NCBI GenBank assembly: GCA_016200255.1
Contig: JACQFA010000008.1
Location: 561 to 64,560, forward strand
From: Nitrospirota bacterium
GTDB taxonomy: Bacteria; Nitrospirota; Nitrospiria; JACQBZ01
Reading direction: 5' to 3'
Length of the DNA: 64,000 nucleotides
Made by a program: the position numbers and the translations under genes. The notes beneath the pieces were generated by a model. The model was not told where the DNA came from and searched no databases. It saw only the letters and a program-made list of their open reading frames with translations. Each line of letters starts with the position of its first letter. Position 1 is the first letter of the stretch. This document shows positions 9,145 to 18,768 of this stretch, piece after piece.

Positions 9145-10481
9145 CGCAGGTCCTGATCATCGGCGGGGGATTTGCCGGACTGTCGGCCGGCGTCGCCCTT
9201 GCGGATCAAGGCGCGAGGGTCACCGTGATCGAACAGCGTCGTATCCTGGGCGGCCGCGCCTATTCGGTCGAAGACGGAACGACGGGCGAGCTGATCGACA
9301 ACGGACAGCATGCGCTTCTCGGCGCCTTTCATGAAACCCAAAAATTTTTAAAAACAATCGGCACGGACGGCCTGATCCGGTATCAGGACCGCTTCCGGAT
9401 GGTCCTGGCCGAACCCGGCGGCGGCCGTATGACGTTGAAGGCCGCATCGCTTCCCGCCCCTTTTCATCTGGCGGCCGGCGTGGCTTTGTGCCGCGGCCTC
9501 TCGATGACGGACCGCTTTCATCTTCTCCGTGCCGGCCTCTCGATGCTGATGACCCGATCCCTTCCGGAAACGATGACCCTCAAGGACTGGCTGGACTCCC
9601 TCGGCCAGCCGGCATCGCTTCGCCAGCGATGGTGGTATCCCCTCTCGATCTCGGCCCTCAACGAACTGCCCCATCGCGCCTCGGCCGATCTCTTCTTGTG
9701 CGTATTAAAGCAGGCCTACTTCGGATCAGTCCGGGACTCTTCGTTCGGAATCATGACGGTCGGGCTGGGCGATCTCTACACCGAACAGGCCCGGCAATTC
9801 ATCGAAGCCGGAGGCGGGCAGGTCTTATGCAACACGACCGCGTTTCAACTGGCCTTCTCAGACCGGCAACTCGATGCCGTCGTGCTGCGAAACAGCGGTT
9901 CGATGACGGCCGATTACATGATCAGCGCCGTGCCGCATCATGTTTTACGGAAATTATTGCCGCCTGAACTGATGAAACAAGGCGCGCCGTTTGAAGCGCT
10001 GACGCACCTGGCCGAATCGCCCATGGTCTCGATCCATCTCTGGTTCGACCGGCCGGTGATGGACGAGGAGTTCATCGGACTGATCGACTCGCCGATTCAG
10101 TGGGTCTTCGACAAATCCCGTCTCTGGAAAGAGGGCGAAACCCAGGCCGGCGCGCTGGCCTGCATCACGAGCGGCGCCTACGACTTGATTGATCGCTCAA
10201 AGGAAGATCTAATTGCCCTCGCTCAGAATGAATTGGTCCGTTTTTTCCCGGAAGTTTCAAAGGCCAGACTCATTCATTCCCGGTTGATCAAGGAACGGAA
10301 TGCGACCTACTCCTGCACGCCCGAGGCCGAGCGATGGCGGCCGAAACAGGAAACGCCGTATCGAAATTTCTTCCTGGCCGGCGACTGGACCCGCACCGGC
10401 CTTCCCGCGACGATCGAGGGCGCCGTCACCAGCGGCCACCGCTGCGCTGGATTGATACTACGGGATAAGAGCGGCAATTAA
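9141..10481 (+). CDS. hpnE: FAD-dependent amine-oxidase-family hydroxysqualene dehydroxylase.
   Basis: N-terminal VLIIGGGFAGLSAG dinucleotide-binding motif. It lies immediately downstream of the hpnC/hpnD pair with a 4-nt overlap. Confidence 0.75.
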   Translation: MTQVLIIGGGFAGLSAGVALADQGARVTVIEQRRILGGRAYSVEDGTTGELIDNGQHALLGAFHETQKFLKTIGTDGLIRYQDRFRMVLAEPGGGRMTLKAASLPAPFHLAAGVALCRGLSMTDRFHLLRAGLSMLMTRSLPETMTLKDWLDSLGQPASLRQRWWYPLSISALNELPHRASADLFLCVLKQAYFGSVRDSSFGIMTVGLGDLYTEQARQFIEAGGGQVLCNTTAFQLAFSDRQLDAVVLRNSGSMTADYMISAVPHHVLRKLLPPELMKQGAPFEALTHLAESPMVSIHLWFDRPVMDEEFIGLIDSPIQWVFDKSRLWKEGETQAGALACITSGAYDLIDRSKEDLIALAQNELVRFFPEVSKARLIHSRLIKERNATYSCTPEAERWRPKQETPYRNFFLAGDWTRTGLPATIEGAVTSGHRCAGLILRDKSGN

Positions 10482-10659
10482 GGACTTCCTCAACGGAAAA
10501 TGTGTCTTATAAATAGATTGTGCCGGATGTCACAGAAAACATGAGACGACTCCTGTTATCGTTGTCGTCTCGATCGATAACGATCCGCCCCGGAATCTTC
10601 ATATTGATTCCCCGATGAAAAAAGCCTAGAATGATAATTAGCATTCACTGGAGATAGCA

Positions 10660-13600
10660 TTGATGGTCCGGACACGATTTGTACTTTTCATGTCGATTGC
10701 GCTTCTTCCTCTCCTGTTCTCGGGATGCCCCAGCAGCGGAGGAGGCGGATCATCCTCTTCCTCTTCATCGGATACGACACCGCCGACCGTCAGTTCCACC
10801 CAGCCGGCCGCCGATGCAACCGGAATCGCCCTTAACACGACCATCACCGCCACCTTCTCGGAGGCGATGGACGCCACAACGCTCACCGCCGCGACCTTTA
10901 TCCTGATGGCTGGCGGAACTGCGGTCACCGGAACGGTGAGCTACACCGGGACCACCGCCACCTTCACGCCGTCCGCAGCGCTGGCCTCGAACACACTCTT
11001 GACCGCAAAAATTACGACCGGGGCGCAAGACCTGGCCCACAATCCTCTCGCGGCCGATTTCAGCTGGCAGTTTACGACCGCGCCGGACACCACGCCGCCG
11101 ACCGTTATCTCAACCAATCCAGCGAACAACGCCGTCGACGTGCCATTGAACAGTTCGATCACCGCCACCTTCTCAGAACCGATGGACCACACAACCCTTT
11201 CGAATACCACCTTCATCGTAAGTACCGGGGGAGTCCCAATCGCCGGAAGGATCGGTTACAGCAGCACCAGCGTCACCTTTACGCCAACATCGAGTCTGAT
11301 CAATGTCACGGACTACACCGCAACGATCACGACCGGCGTAAAGGATCTGGCCGGAAATTCTCTCGCCGCCGACTTCGCCTGGTCGTTTACCAGCGGAGGC
11401 GCCATCGACAACATACCGCCCACGGTTATCTCCACGACGCCCGCCACTCATGCCACGAATGTTCCCTTTAATACAACGATCAGCGCCACATTTTCGGAAG
11501 CAATGGATCCTTCCTCGATAACAACGGACAGCTTCAAGGTCAGCACGGGCGGGGGCTTTATCACCGGAACGGTCAACTACAGCGGTACGACCGCCACCTT
11601 CACGCCAGATACGCCCCTCGCCTCGGCCGCCACGTATACCGCATCAATAAAAACCTTCGCAAAGGACCTGGCCGGAAATGCCCTGGCGGCCGACTACAAC
11701 TGGCAGTTCGGCATGCTCACAAAACCCACGCTCTGCGTTATACCGGGGGGCGGGGGTGTAAATAACTGTTATGCCACGATCAACGGCGCGCTGGCCGCGG
11801 CCAAAACCGGTGACATTGTCGGCGTCGCGGCCGGAACCTACCCCGAGAGCGTCGTCGCAAACAGTTTTAATTATAATGTTTTAATCACCCAGACCGTGAC
11901 ACTGGAAGGCGGCTGGGATATCAGCTTTAATGTCATGGACCCGGTGGCAAACGTCACCACGATCACACCGTTAAACCCTTATGCGGTTGTTGCAGTTGAG
12001 GGCGTGCCTGGGAGTACCAGCACGGTGGCCCCGACCATTGACGGTTTTACGATCACCGGCGCGGTCAGCACCAATCACGGAGGCGGTCTGCGGATCCAGA
12101 ACAGCGACGCGATCGTGCAAAATAATATCATCACAAATAATACGGCCTATTTCCTCGGAGGCGGCGCTTGGGTACAGAACGGCGCGCCCCAGTTCAAGAA
12201 CAATCAGATCACGAATAATACCGTCACCCCCAGCGGAAACGCTTATGGCGGCGGGATCGAACTGGAGAATACAACGGCCGCACTGGTCGGCAACACGATC
12301 AGCGGCAACACCGTGGCCGCCACAACCGGATATGGCGGCGGCGTATACGTTGACGGCGGAGGGCCGGTAAAACTGATCGGCAACACCATTGACGGAAATA
12401 CCGGAAGCCACGGATCGGGCTACGGCGGGGGCGTCAGCATTCGAGCCGCCGCTGCAACGCTGAACAGCAATATCATAGATGGGAACTCCGGGGGCGGAAG
12501 CGGCGCCGTCAGCTATGGCGGCGGGATCTATGTAGACAGTTCATCTTCATTCGTACTAAATAGCAACACGATCACCGGCAACGTCGTGGGCGCGGAAAGC
12601 ACCGGCGTCACGCCCTCTTACGGCGGCGGCGTGTATATCACCACGAGTCAGGGATCGCTGTCCGGCAACACGATCGCCAATAATATAGCCGCCCCGAGCG
12701 GCGCTTCTTCCGAGACGGGATGGGGAGGCGGATTGGCAATCGTCGGCAGCACGGTCTTTTCGCACAATGACAAGCTCACGGGCAACTCCGTCCGACTCGG
12801 CGACGGGTGCGGGCTCTATGCCGGCACAAGCACGATCAAATTCAATGCCGTAGCGATACAGGACAACAACTGCCTGGGGCTGTATCTTTCCGCCACCCCC
12901 TATACCCTGAACGACGCCTTGGTAACCGGGAATACGACGGGCGGGCTGAAAGCGGTTACAATCAGTGCAACCGCCAGCCCGGGCGTCTTGATCAACAACA
13001 CCTTCGTGGGAAACAATAGCGGAGAAGGGATTAATACCGACTCGGCTCTCACGATTGTGAACAACATCATCATGGGTCATGCGACCGGCGTTAAAGTTGG
13101 GGCAACGGCGCCGGTCAGCAGGAACAATGATTTCTACAACAACACGACGGACACCGTCGGTTTTTCAAAAGATGCCAGCGACATCATCCCAAGCGACCCT
13201 CTGTTCATCTCCATCTCCGATTACCATCTCACGTCATCTTCGCCGCTGATCGATGCCGGCACGCACGGGCCGATTCCGGATGCCACTTCACCGGGGCAGA
13301 ACGCGAACCTTCCCGACACCGACATGGACGGCCAGTCGCGTGCCATGATCGGCACCAGCCATCTGTATAAGGTCGATATCGGCGCGGATGAGTTCGCAGG
13401 CAATACCCCCAGACCCCAGCGGATCGTCAACCTGGACGGCGGCGGAGCGGACCTAACGATCATCGGCCCCGGAGGCGTGGACCCGAATGCGTCGGCCAAC
13501 GACTGGATCGGGTATGCCGTTCTGGGAACCGATATCAACGGCGACGGCAAAGCCGACTTAACGTTCTCGGCGGAGGATTGGGTCATCGACTTCAACAATC

Positions 13601-14793
13601 CGCCGCATTCGACCGGCCGTCTGTTCGGACTTTCTAATACGGGCAGCCGCAAGACCGGAACGCTCGATCTTTCCAGCACCTCGGCCGACCTGATCGTGGA
13701 TTCCAGGATGAATCTCCAGCATCTTGGATCGGCCCTGACGGGCGGCGATCTCAACGGCGATGGCCATTCCGACCTGATCGCCGGTTCATATCAGGACGAC
13801 GGGGGCGGTGGCGGGACGGTCTGGCCGACCGTGTTCGCCTTCTGGGGCGGTTCCTCCCTGACCGGAACCCGTCTGTTGGACGGCGTCCTTCCTTCGGATA
13901 ATCACGCCGATTTCGCGCTTCGCGCGCCGGGCCAGGACTTCTTTGCCTTCTCGTCCAAAAACGCCTTGACGACCGGCGACCTCAACGGCGACGGCATCGC
14001 CGACCTGATCGTCGGCGATGGGCTGGCGGACAACCCCTCCCCTGCAACGGCCGACACCGGGGCGATTTTTGTGATCTTCGGGGGATCCGGTCTGACGGGT
14101 CTGCATGATCTGGGGGCGACGCCGGCGGATTACACGCTTTATGGAGCCGCGGCCGCCGACAAACTCCAATCGGTCGCCGTGGGACTGGTCGATTCCGATG
14201 CGCAGGCGGACCTCGTGGCAAGGACGGACACCACCGCCTATGTCTTTCTGGGACCGATCACCGGAACACCGCCGATCACGGCCACCACCGCCTCGGCCGA
14301 TCTCACCATCACCGGTCTTTCGGCCGGAGGCGTCGCCGTGATGGACATAACGGGGGACAACAAGGGCGACCTCATCCTCGGTTCGGGGAATATCATCTAC
14401 ATCCTTCCCGGTCCATTGGCAAAAGGCAGCTTTCCTGTCACAAGCGCACCGGGCTTGATCACCTTGACCGGCATCGCATCGGATGCGGTTTTTTCCATCG
14501 GGAATGTGGTCGGCAGCTCGAACCCGGACCTGATCATCGGCTCGCCCTCGCTCAAGCGGGTTTTCGTCATTGCCGGGGGAATGCCGCTTTCCGGAACCGT
14601 CGATCTGGCTGATGCTTCGGCTACCTTCGTAGAAAGCGCCGTGCTAAATAAGCTGGGGTACGACGTTACGTCGGGCGATCTCGATAACGACAGCCGTCCC
14701 GACCTGATCGTCAGCACCTGGCAACAGAATGTGACCTCTCATCCCGCCAATTTCCAGGATGCCGGACTGGTTTATGTGATCTACGGCAAATGA
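10660..14793 (+). CDS. Giant cell-surface lipoprotein: three tandem Ig-like (SbsA/Big-type) domains, a right-handed parallel beta-helix region and a C-terminal FG-GAP/VCBS repeat region.
   Basis: Lipobox LLFSGC followed by a Gly/Ser linker. Three roughly 105-aa repeats each begin TPPTV...ATFSE.MD. Periodic NNxITNN and YGGG(V/I) turns are typical of PbH1 repeats. Multiple GDLNGDG...DL integrin-alpha-type calcium-loop repeats occur toward the C-terminus. The likely start is the ATG at 10663. Confidence 0.8.
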   Translation: MMVRTRFVLFMSIALLPLLFSGCPSSGGGGSSSSSSSDTTPPTVSSTQPAADATGIALNTTITATFSEAMDATTLTAATFILMAGGTAVTGTVSYTGTTATFTPSAALASNTLLTAKITTGAQDLAHNPLAADFSWQFTTAPDTTPPTVISTNPANNAVDVPLNSSITATFSEPMDHTTLSNTTFIVSTGGVPIAGRIGYSSTSVTFTPTSSLINVTDYTATITTGVKDLAGNSLAADFAWSFTSGGAIDNIPPTVISTTPATHATNVPFNTTISATFSEAMDPSSITTDSFKVSTGGGFITGTVNYSGTTATFTPDTPLASAATYTASIKTFAKDLAGNALAADYNWQFGMLTKPTLCVIPGGGGVNNCYATINGALAAAKTGDIVGVAAGTYPESVVANSFNYNVLITQTVTLEGGWDISFNVMDPVANVTTITPLNPYAVVAVEGVPGSTSTVAPTIDGFTITGAVSTNHGGGLRIQNSDAIVQNNIITNNTAYFLGGGAWVQNGAPQFKNNQITNNTVTPSGNAYGGGIELENTTAALVGNTISGNTVAATTGYGGGVYVDGGGPVKLIGNTIDGNTGSHGSGYGGGVSIRAAAATLNSNIIDGNSGGGSGAVSYGGGIYVDSSSSFVLNSNTITGNVVGAESTGVTPSYGGGVYITTSQGSLSGNTIANNIAAPSGASSETGWGGGLAIVGSTVFSHNDKLTGNSVRLGDGCGLYAGTSTIKFNAVAIQDNNCLGLYLSATPYTLNDALVTGNTTGGLKAVTISATASPGVLINNTFVGNNSGEGINTDSALTIVNNIIMGHATGVKVGATAPVSRNNDFYNNTTDTVGFSKDASDIIPSDPLFISISDYHLTSSSPLIDAGTHGPIPDATSPGQNANLPDTDMDGQSRAMIGTSHLYKVDIGADEFAGNTPRPQRIVNLDGGGADLTIIGPGGVDPNASANDWIGYAVLGTDINGDGKADLTFSAEDWVIDFNNPPHSTGRLFGLSNTGSRKTGTLDLSSTSADLIVDSRMNLQHLGSALTGGDLNGDGHSDLIAGSYQDDGGGGGTVWPTVFAFWGGSSLTGTRLLDGVLPSDNHADFALRAPGQDFFAFSSKNALTTGDLNGDGIADLIVGDGLADNPSPATADTGAIFVIFGGSGLTGLHDLGATPADYTLYGAAAADKLQSVAVGLVDSDAQADLVARTDTTAYVFLGPITGTPPITATTASADLTITGLSAGGVAVMDITGDNKGDLILGSGNIIYILPGPLAKGSFPVTSAPGLITLTGIASDAVFSIGNVVGSSNPDLIIGSPSLKRVFVIAGGMPLSGTVDLADASATFVESAVLNKLGYDVTSGDLDNDSRPDLIVSTWQQNVTSHPANFQDAGLVYVIYGK
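10777..11710 (+). repeat. Three intragenic tandem repeats of about 315 nt each, encoding the Ig-like domains of the giant lipoprotein.
   Basis: TPPTV(S/I)ST.PA ... ITATFSE(A/P)MD ... GT(V/I).Y..T..TFTP ... KDLAGN.LAAD recurs three times in the translated ORF. Confidence 0.7.
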
Positions 14794-14840
14794 CCCTCAT
14801 CAGCCGCCGCTGCGCGGAAGCGATCCGACGATCTTCACAG

Positions 14841-14868
14841 GGGCGGTCCTGATGGTCGCCCTTTTTTT
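14841..14868 (+). terminator. Putative Rho-independent terminator downstream of the giant lipoprotein gene.
   Basis: GGGCG(gtcctgatggt)CGCCC stem followed by TTTTTTTATTTT. Confidence 0.45.
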
Positions 14869-14907
14869 ATTTTATGTGAATGCGGTCAATGCGGAAGAGG
14901 AGCGTCT

Positions 14908-15111
14908 TCAGTAGAGCGGGGGCTGGGGGCCCGGCTTGATGCCGGCCAGATCGGGATCCAGACCATCCTCAAGAGGGATCTCGGTCTCCTTGACTTTTTT
15001 ACGTTCTTCACGGCGCTGGATCTTTTCCTTGCGCTTTTCGGCTTTGGCACGTTCGCGCGATCGCTTCGTTGCCGTCGCTTTTGGATGAGTCGCCATATGG
15101 GTTCCTTCCAA
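14908..15111 (-). CDS. Small, highly basic Lys/Arg-rich hypothetical protein. The likely start is the ATG at about 15096 (MATHPK...), preceded by GGAAGGA.
   Basis: ORF with a plausible Shine-Dalgarno sequence 6 nt upstream of an internal ATG. No recognisable domain. Confidence 0.35.
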   Translation of the reverse strand: MEGTHMATHPKATATKRSRERAKAEKRKEKIQRREERKKVKETEIPLEDGLDPDLAGIKPGPQPPLY

Positions 15112-15167
15112 CCATCGAGATTATTTGTGATGGGATTATATCATACTAACGGACAAAACACAAACAG

Positions 15168-16187
15168 ATGACCTCTGCTGAAGTTGTCGCCGAATTTCGC
15201 CCCGCATGGTGGCTTCGCGGATCGCACCGTCAGACGGTCTGGCGGTCGCTGTTCGGCAGAGGTCCGGCGCCGCCGTACCGGCGCGAACGATTTGAGACAT
15301 CGGACGGCGATTTTGTGGACCTGGATTGGTTCGGATCCGGCGGTCGATCCGGCGACCGGCCGCTGGTGATCGTACTGCACGGTCTGGAAGGATCGTCCCG
15401 ATCACCTTACGTTCCCGGGCTGCTTCGCGAGGCGGCCCGGCGCGGCTGGGACGGGGTCGCCATGAATTTCAGGTCCTGCAGCGGCGAGATGAACCGGAGG
15501 CCGCGGTTCTATCACTCCGGCGAAACCGCGGACCTGGACGAGGTTCTCTCTTCACTGATCCATCATCGGCCCGGCCGTTCGATCGGGCTGGTCGGCACCT
15601 CGCTGGGTGGAAATGTACTGTTAAAATGGCTGGGCGAGCGCGAAGACAAGGTTCCCGAAGCCGTTCGGGCGGCCGTGGCGGTCTCCGTCCCGTTCGATCT
15701 GGCGGCCGCGGCTTATCAGGTCGACCACGGGCTGAGTCGGATCTACGGACGGAGGTTCCTTCGCACGCTGAAGGAAAAGGCGCTGGCCAAGGCCCGTCTG
15801 TATCCCGGCCTGCTCGACCCGGACGAGGTCGCCGCGATCCGGAGCTTCGCCGTTTTCGATGACCGCGTAACCGCGCTGCTCCACGGATTCTCAAGCGGGC
15901 GTGACTACTGGACGCGGGCGAGCGCCACGCCGTGGCTCGCGGCCATCCGGAAACCGACGCTACTGATCAATGCAAGCGACGATCCGTTTTTACCGGCAGC
16001 CTGCCTTCCCCATGACGCGGCGGCCAGGTCGCACTGGATCAAAACCGAGTTTACTCTACGCGGCGGGCACGCGGGATTTGTCGAGGGATGGCGGCCGGGA
16101 GCGGTTTCCTACTGGATCGATCGCCGGGCGATGGCCTTTCTCGATTCGGTCGTCTGCACCAAAGGTCGCACAGGCCCGGCTCCTTGA
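15168..16187 (+). CDS. Alpha/beta-fold hydrolase of the YheT/ABHD1-3 type.
   Basis: LVIVLHGLEGSS ... GTSLGGN nucleophile-elbow region. Length 339 aa. Confidence 0.75.
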   Translation: MTSAEVVAEFRPAWWLRGSHRQTVWRSLFGRGPAPPYRRERFETSDGDFVDLDWFGSGGRSGDRPLVIVLHGLEGSSRSPYVPGLLREAARRGWDGVAMNFRSCSGEMNRRPRFYHSGETADLDEVLSSLIHHRPGRSIGLVGTSLGGNVLLKWLGEREDKVPEAVRAAVAVSVPFDLAAAAYQVDHGLSRIYGRRFLRTLKEKALAKARLYPGLLDPDEVAAIRSFAVFDDRVTALLHGFSSGRDYWTRASATPWLAAIRKPTLLINASDDPFLPAACLPHDAAARSHWIKTEFTLRGGHAGFVEGWRPGAVSYWIDRRAMAFLDSVVCTKGRTGPAP

Positions 16188-16215
16188 CAAGTCGGCGCGG
16201 ATGCCTTAATCTATA

Positions 16216-16235
16216 TGTAGAACAATTGTTCTACA
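16216..16235 (+). promoter_or_regulatory. Perfect 20-bp palindrome TGTAGAACAATTGTTCTACA, the putative autoregulatory operator/promoter of the toxin-antitoxin operon.
   Basis: The sequence is self-complementary. It is centred about 32 nt upstream of the antitoxin GTG start and immediately upstream of AGGAG. Confidence 0.6.
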
Positions 16236-16257
16236 ATTATATAGAAGGAGAGCGCCC

Positions 16258-16527
16258 GTGAAGTTCGTTGCCGTAAGGGAACTACAGATCAATTCTTCCA
16301 GGATTCTGGACAAAGTCAAGAAGGGGGAAGACGTCGTTTTAACCCGATTAGGCAAACCGGAAGCGGCCCTGATTCATCTCACGGAGGACGAGCTCGATGA
16401 ATTCCTGGTGCTCCGTCATCCCACCCTGATGAAAGAACTTGAAAGCGCCTACGAGGAGTTCCGGAAGAAGGGAGGCATTACCCAAAAAGAGATGAAAGAA
16501 AGACTCCGTCGCCGTGGAAAACGTTGA
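16258..16527 (+). CDS. Phd/YefM-family type II antitoxin.
   Basis: VAVRELQ...SRILDKVKKGEDVVLTRLGKPEAALI N-terminal Phd/YefM fold motif. It overlaps the downstream toxin by 14 nt. Confidence 0.8.
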   Translation: MKFVAVRELQINSSRILDKVKKGEDVVLTRLGKPEAALIHLTEDELDEFLVLRHPTLMKELESAYEEFRKKGGITQKEMKERLRRRGKR

Positions 16528-16822
16528 CCTGATCTACGCCCCGCGCGCCCAACGCGATCTGCTGGATCTGCCCAAAAAGATAGTCGATCAAATCCTAAAC
16601 GACCACGACCTCCTGAAAACCCGCCCCTGGCCTAACACCAAAGTCAAAAAACTAAAAGGACATCCTTACCGGGAGCTGAAGACCGGAGATTATCGGTCTC
16701 TGTTCGTTGTTGAATCAAACACCGTTGTCTTTCTCCGCATCGTGAACCGGAAAGACCTCGAAACCGCCGTGAAGCGAATCGATCTCAGAACGCTCTGGCT
16801 GTGGTTGAGGGATAAAAGTTAA
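16514..16822 (+). CDS. RelE/ParE-family type II toxin.
   Basis: YAPRAQRDLLDLP ... LKGHPYRELKTGDYRSLFVV ... VVFLRIVNRKD. Small, basic, and translationally coupled to the antitoxin. Confidence 0.8.
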   Translation: MENVDLIYAPRAQRDLLDLPKKIVDQILNDHDLLKTRPWPNTKVKKLKGHPYRELKTGDYRSLFVVESNTVVFLRIVNRKDLETAVKRIDLRTLWLWLRDKS

Positions 16823-17046
16823 CACAGATACCGCTCCCTTGTTTCAAAAACCTCGTCATGGTCTCATGAATCCGGAAATTGATTTTTAAAAGGTTTCAGC
16901 GTACCCTCATTGGGAGGTCAAAAACAAATGTTTAATCCCAAGGCAGGAATGTGGTTTCTTTAGGGAATAGATATCCTGTTAAGTTCCGATGCTATCACTT
17001 TTGCGTTCGGGTTTGTGATGGCGATACAGAGGAATAAGAGACGAGC

Positions 17047-17844
17047 TTGAATATGGAAACTGTTCGTGTGAACTCAGTCGAGGAGTTTGCTTCCCGAGTG
17101 AGGATTTTTCGTAATAATTGGGATAAGGAAGAGCTGTGGTTTAGAGGTGAAGACTCCTCACGATACCGCAACCCATTACGTCCAAGCATCTACCGGCCAC
17201 CCCGACCTGCGATAGAACATGAGGCTCGGGAAAATGAGGACGAAACTCGGATCGAGTTCAGCCGGCGCGGGCACTCGCTCGTTATCGAGAGAACGCCAGA
17301 AAACGAACTGGATTGGTATATCCTCATGAGACACAATGAGGTACCTACTCGCCTATTGGACTGGACCGAAGCATCTCTGATTGCTCTTTTCTTTGCGGTG
17401 CGGGACCGCGGTAGGGCGAATTCCGATAACAGGACTGAAAGTGCTGCAGTTTGGGTGCTCGATCCTGAGTGGCTCAACAAGAAAGTTATTGGCAAGTATG
17501 AGTTTGTATTACCAAGCGACCCAATCATTAATAAATATCTCCCTGAACCAAGGAAAAGAAAGCCAAGGGGCTTGCTTCCGATCGCGATCCTTCCACGTTA
17601 CCCGATCCGTCAAATGCTGTCGCAAAGGAGCACGTTTACAATTCAGGGAGCTCCTAATGGTTTTGATTTAATAAGATCCCGACGGGGAGAGAGGCGGATT
17701 GCAAAGATCGTAGTTCGGAAGTCCAGCTTCGGCGATATACTTAATGATCTCTCTAGCTGCGGCATTGACGAAGCAACGCTCTTCCCGACCTTGACGGGTC
17801 TGGGCAAGGAAGTGACAGCACTTTACTTGAATTATTCTAAATAA
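17047..17844 (+). CDS. FRG-domain protein.
   Basis: Hallmark EELWFRGE motif near the N-terminus with surrounding conserved hydrophobic positions. It sits in an AT-rich islet. Confidence 0.6.
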   Translation: MNMETVRVNSVEEFASRVRIFRNNWDKEELWFRGEDSSRYRNPLRPSIYRPPRPAIEHEARENEDETRIEFSRRGHSLVIERTPENELDWYILMRHNEVPTRLLDWTEASLIALFFAVRDRGRANSDNRTESAAVWVLDPEWLNKKVIGKYEFVLPSDPIINKYLPEPRKRKPRGLLPIAILPRYPIRQMLSQRSTFTIQGAPNGFDLIRSRRGERRIAKIVVRKSSFGDILNDLSSCGIDEATLFPTLTGLGKEVTALYLNYSK

Positions 17845-18218
17845 ATTCGATATGTGGCCCCCTTTTACTCGAACGGCCCGCAACACGTTTACCGAAAATA
17901 TCGCACGGTGTTTACTGGTAGGAATGAACGAAAGTTATAAGTGAATCTTTTCTGGTTCCAAAATCAGTTCTTTCTGAGTTTGCCTATTCACAAAGGAAAA
18001 AACCGATGAAAGTCAAAGAATTTGTGGTATCGAAAAAGAACAGGTTTTTGAAACCTCCCTTTGTCAGATAAAAAGTGGGATGTGAACTTCTTCCTGAAGT
18101 CAATAGTTGAAAAAAATCGATATAGGGCGTAGATTACAGGCGAAAATTGTTTATGCAAGGAGGCGAGTGTGGCAAGTTACACAGATCCATTTAACGCTAG
18201 TTAGAAATCACGGTTGCA

Positions 18219-18659
18219 GTGGTGCGAGACATGGGTTCTACAGATATTGCGGCATGGTGGGGAGCGGTTGTTGCCTCTCTTGTTCTGTTCTGGGACGTGT
18301 ATAAATGGAAAGCAGAGGGACCGCGCTTGACAATGCGTTTATCGCCAAACATGAACATTTTTGGAGACCCGTTGCGGGAAGGAAAAAAATGGGTCACCGT
18401 AACAGTTTCGAACATCGGGAACCGTCCGACCACAATCAAGAGTGTTGGAATGGAGTACCATAGCAATTGGTTGAATCGGCTTCGAAATAGAGCCGAGAAG
18501 GCTGTTGTATATACAAATCCGAACGATCATTTCCCGCTTCCTAGACTTCTAAATCCAGGGGATGAATGGGTTGGCCTAATTCCTCAAGAGCGTCTCGACA
18601 AATGGGTGGATCTTGAAGATATGTCTCGAACAGGTCATGTGATGATTTGGCTATCGTAA
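18219..18659 (+). CDS. Hypothetical protein with an N-terminal transmembrane anchor, in the AT-rich islet.
   Basis: One hydrophobic helix (AAWWGAVVASLVLFW). A strong AAGGAGG lies about 60 nt upstream. No known domain recognised. Confidence 0.5.
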   Translation: MVRDMGSTDIAAWWGAVVASLVLFWDVYKWKAEGPRLTMRLSPNMNIFGDPLREGKKWVTVTVSNIGNRPTTIKSVGMEYHSNWLNRLRNRAEKAVVYTNPNDHFPLPRLLNPGDEWVGLIPQERLDKWVDLEDMSRTGHVMIWLS

Positions 18660-18768
18660 TCCCACAAGCAACGGGCAATGCGAAAACGGCTCATTTTCGC
18701 TGGCTCTTAAAGACTGATGCTCCGAAGGAGCAAGATCAGACTGGTAAAAGCTAAAACTATTTTAGAAT

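Noticed and set aside
10540-10590. Inverted repeat GAGACGAC-(13 nt)-GTCGTCTC after hpnE, as a possible terminator.
   Set aside because: There is no T-run following it. It may still be a protein-binding site, but the evidence is too weak to call.
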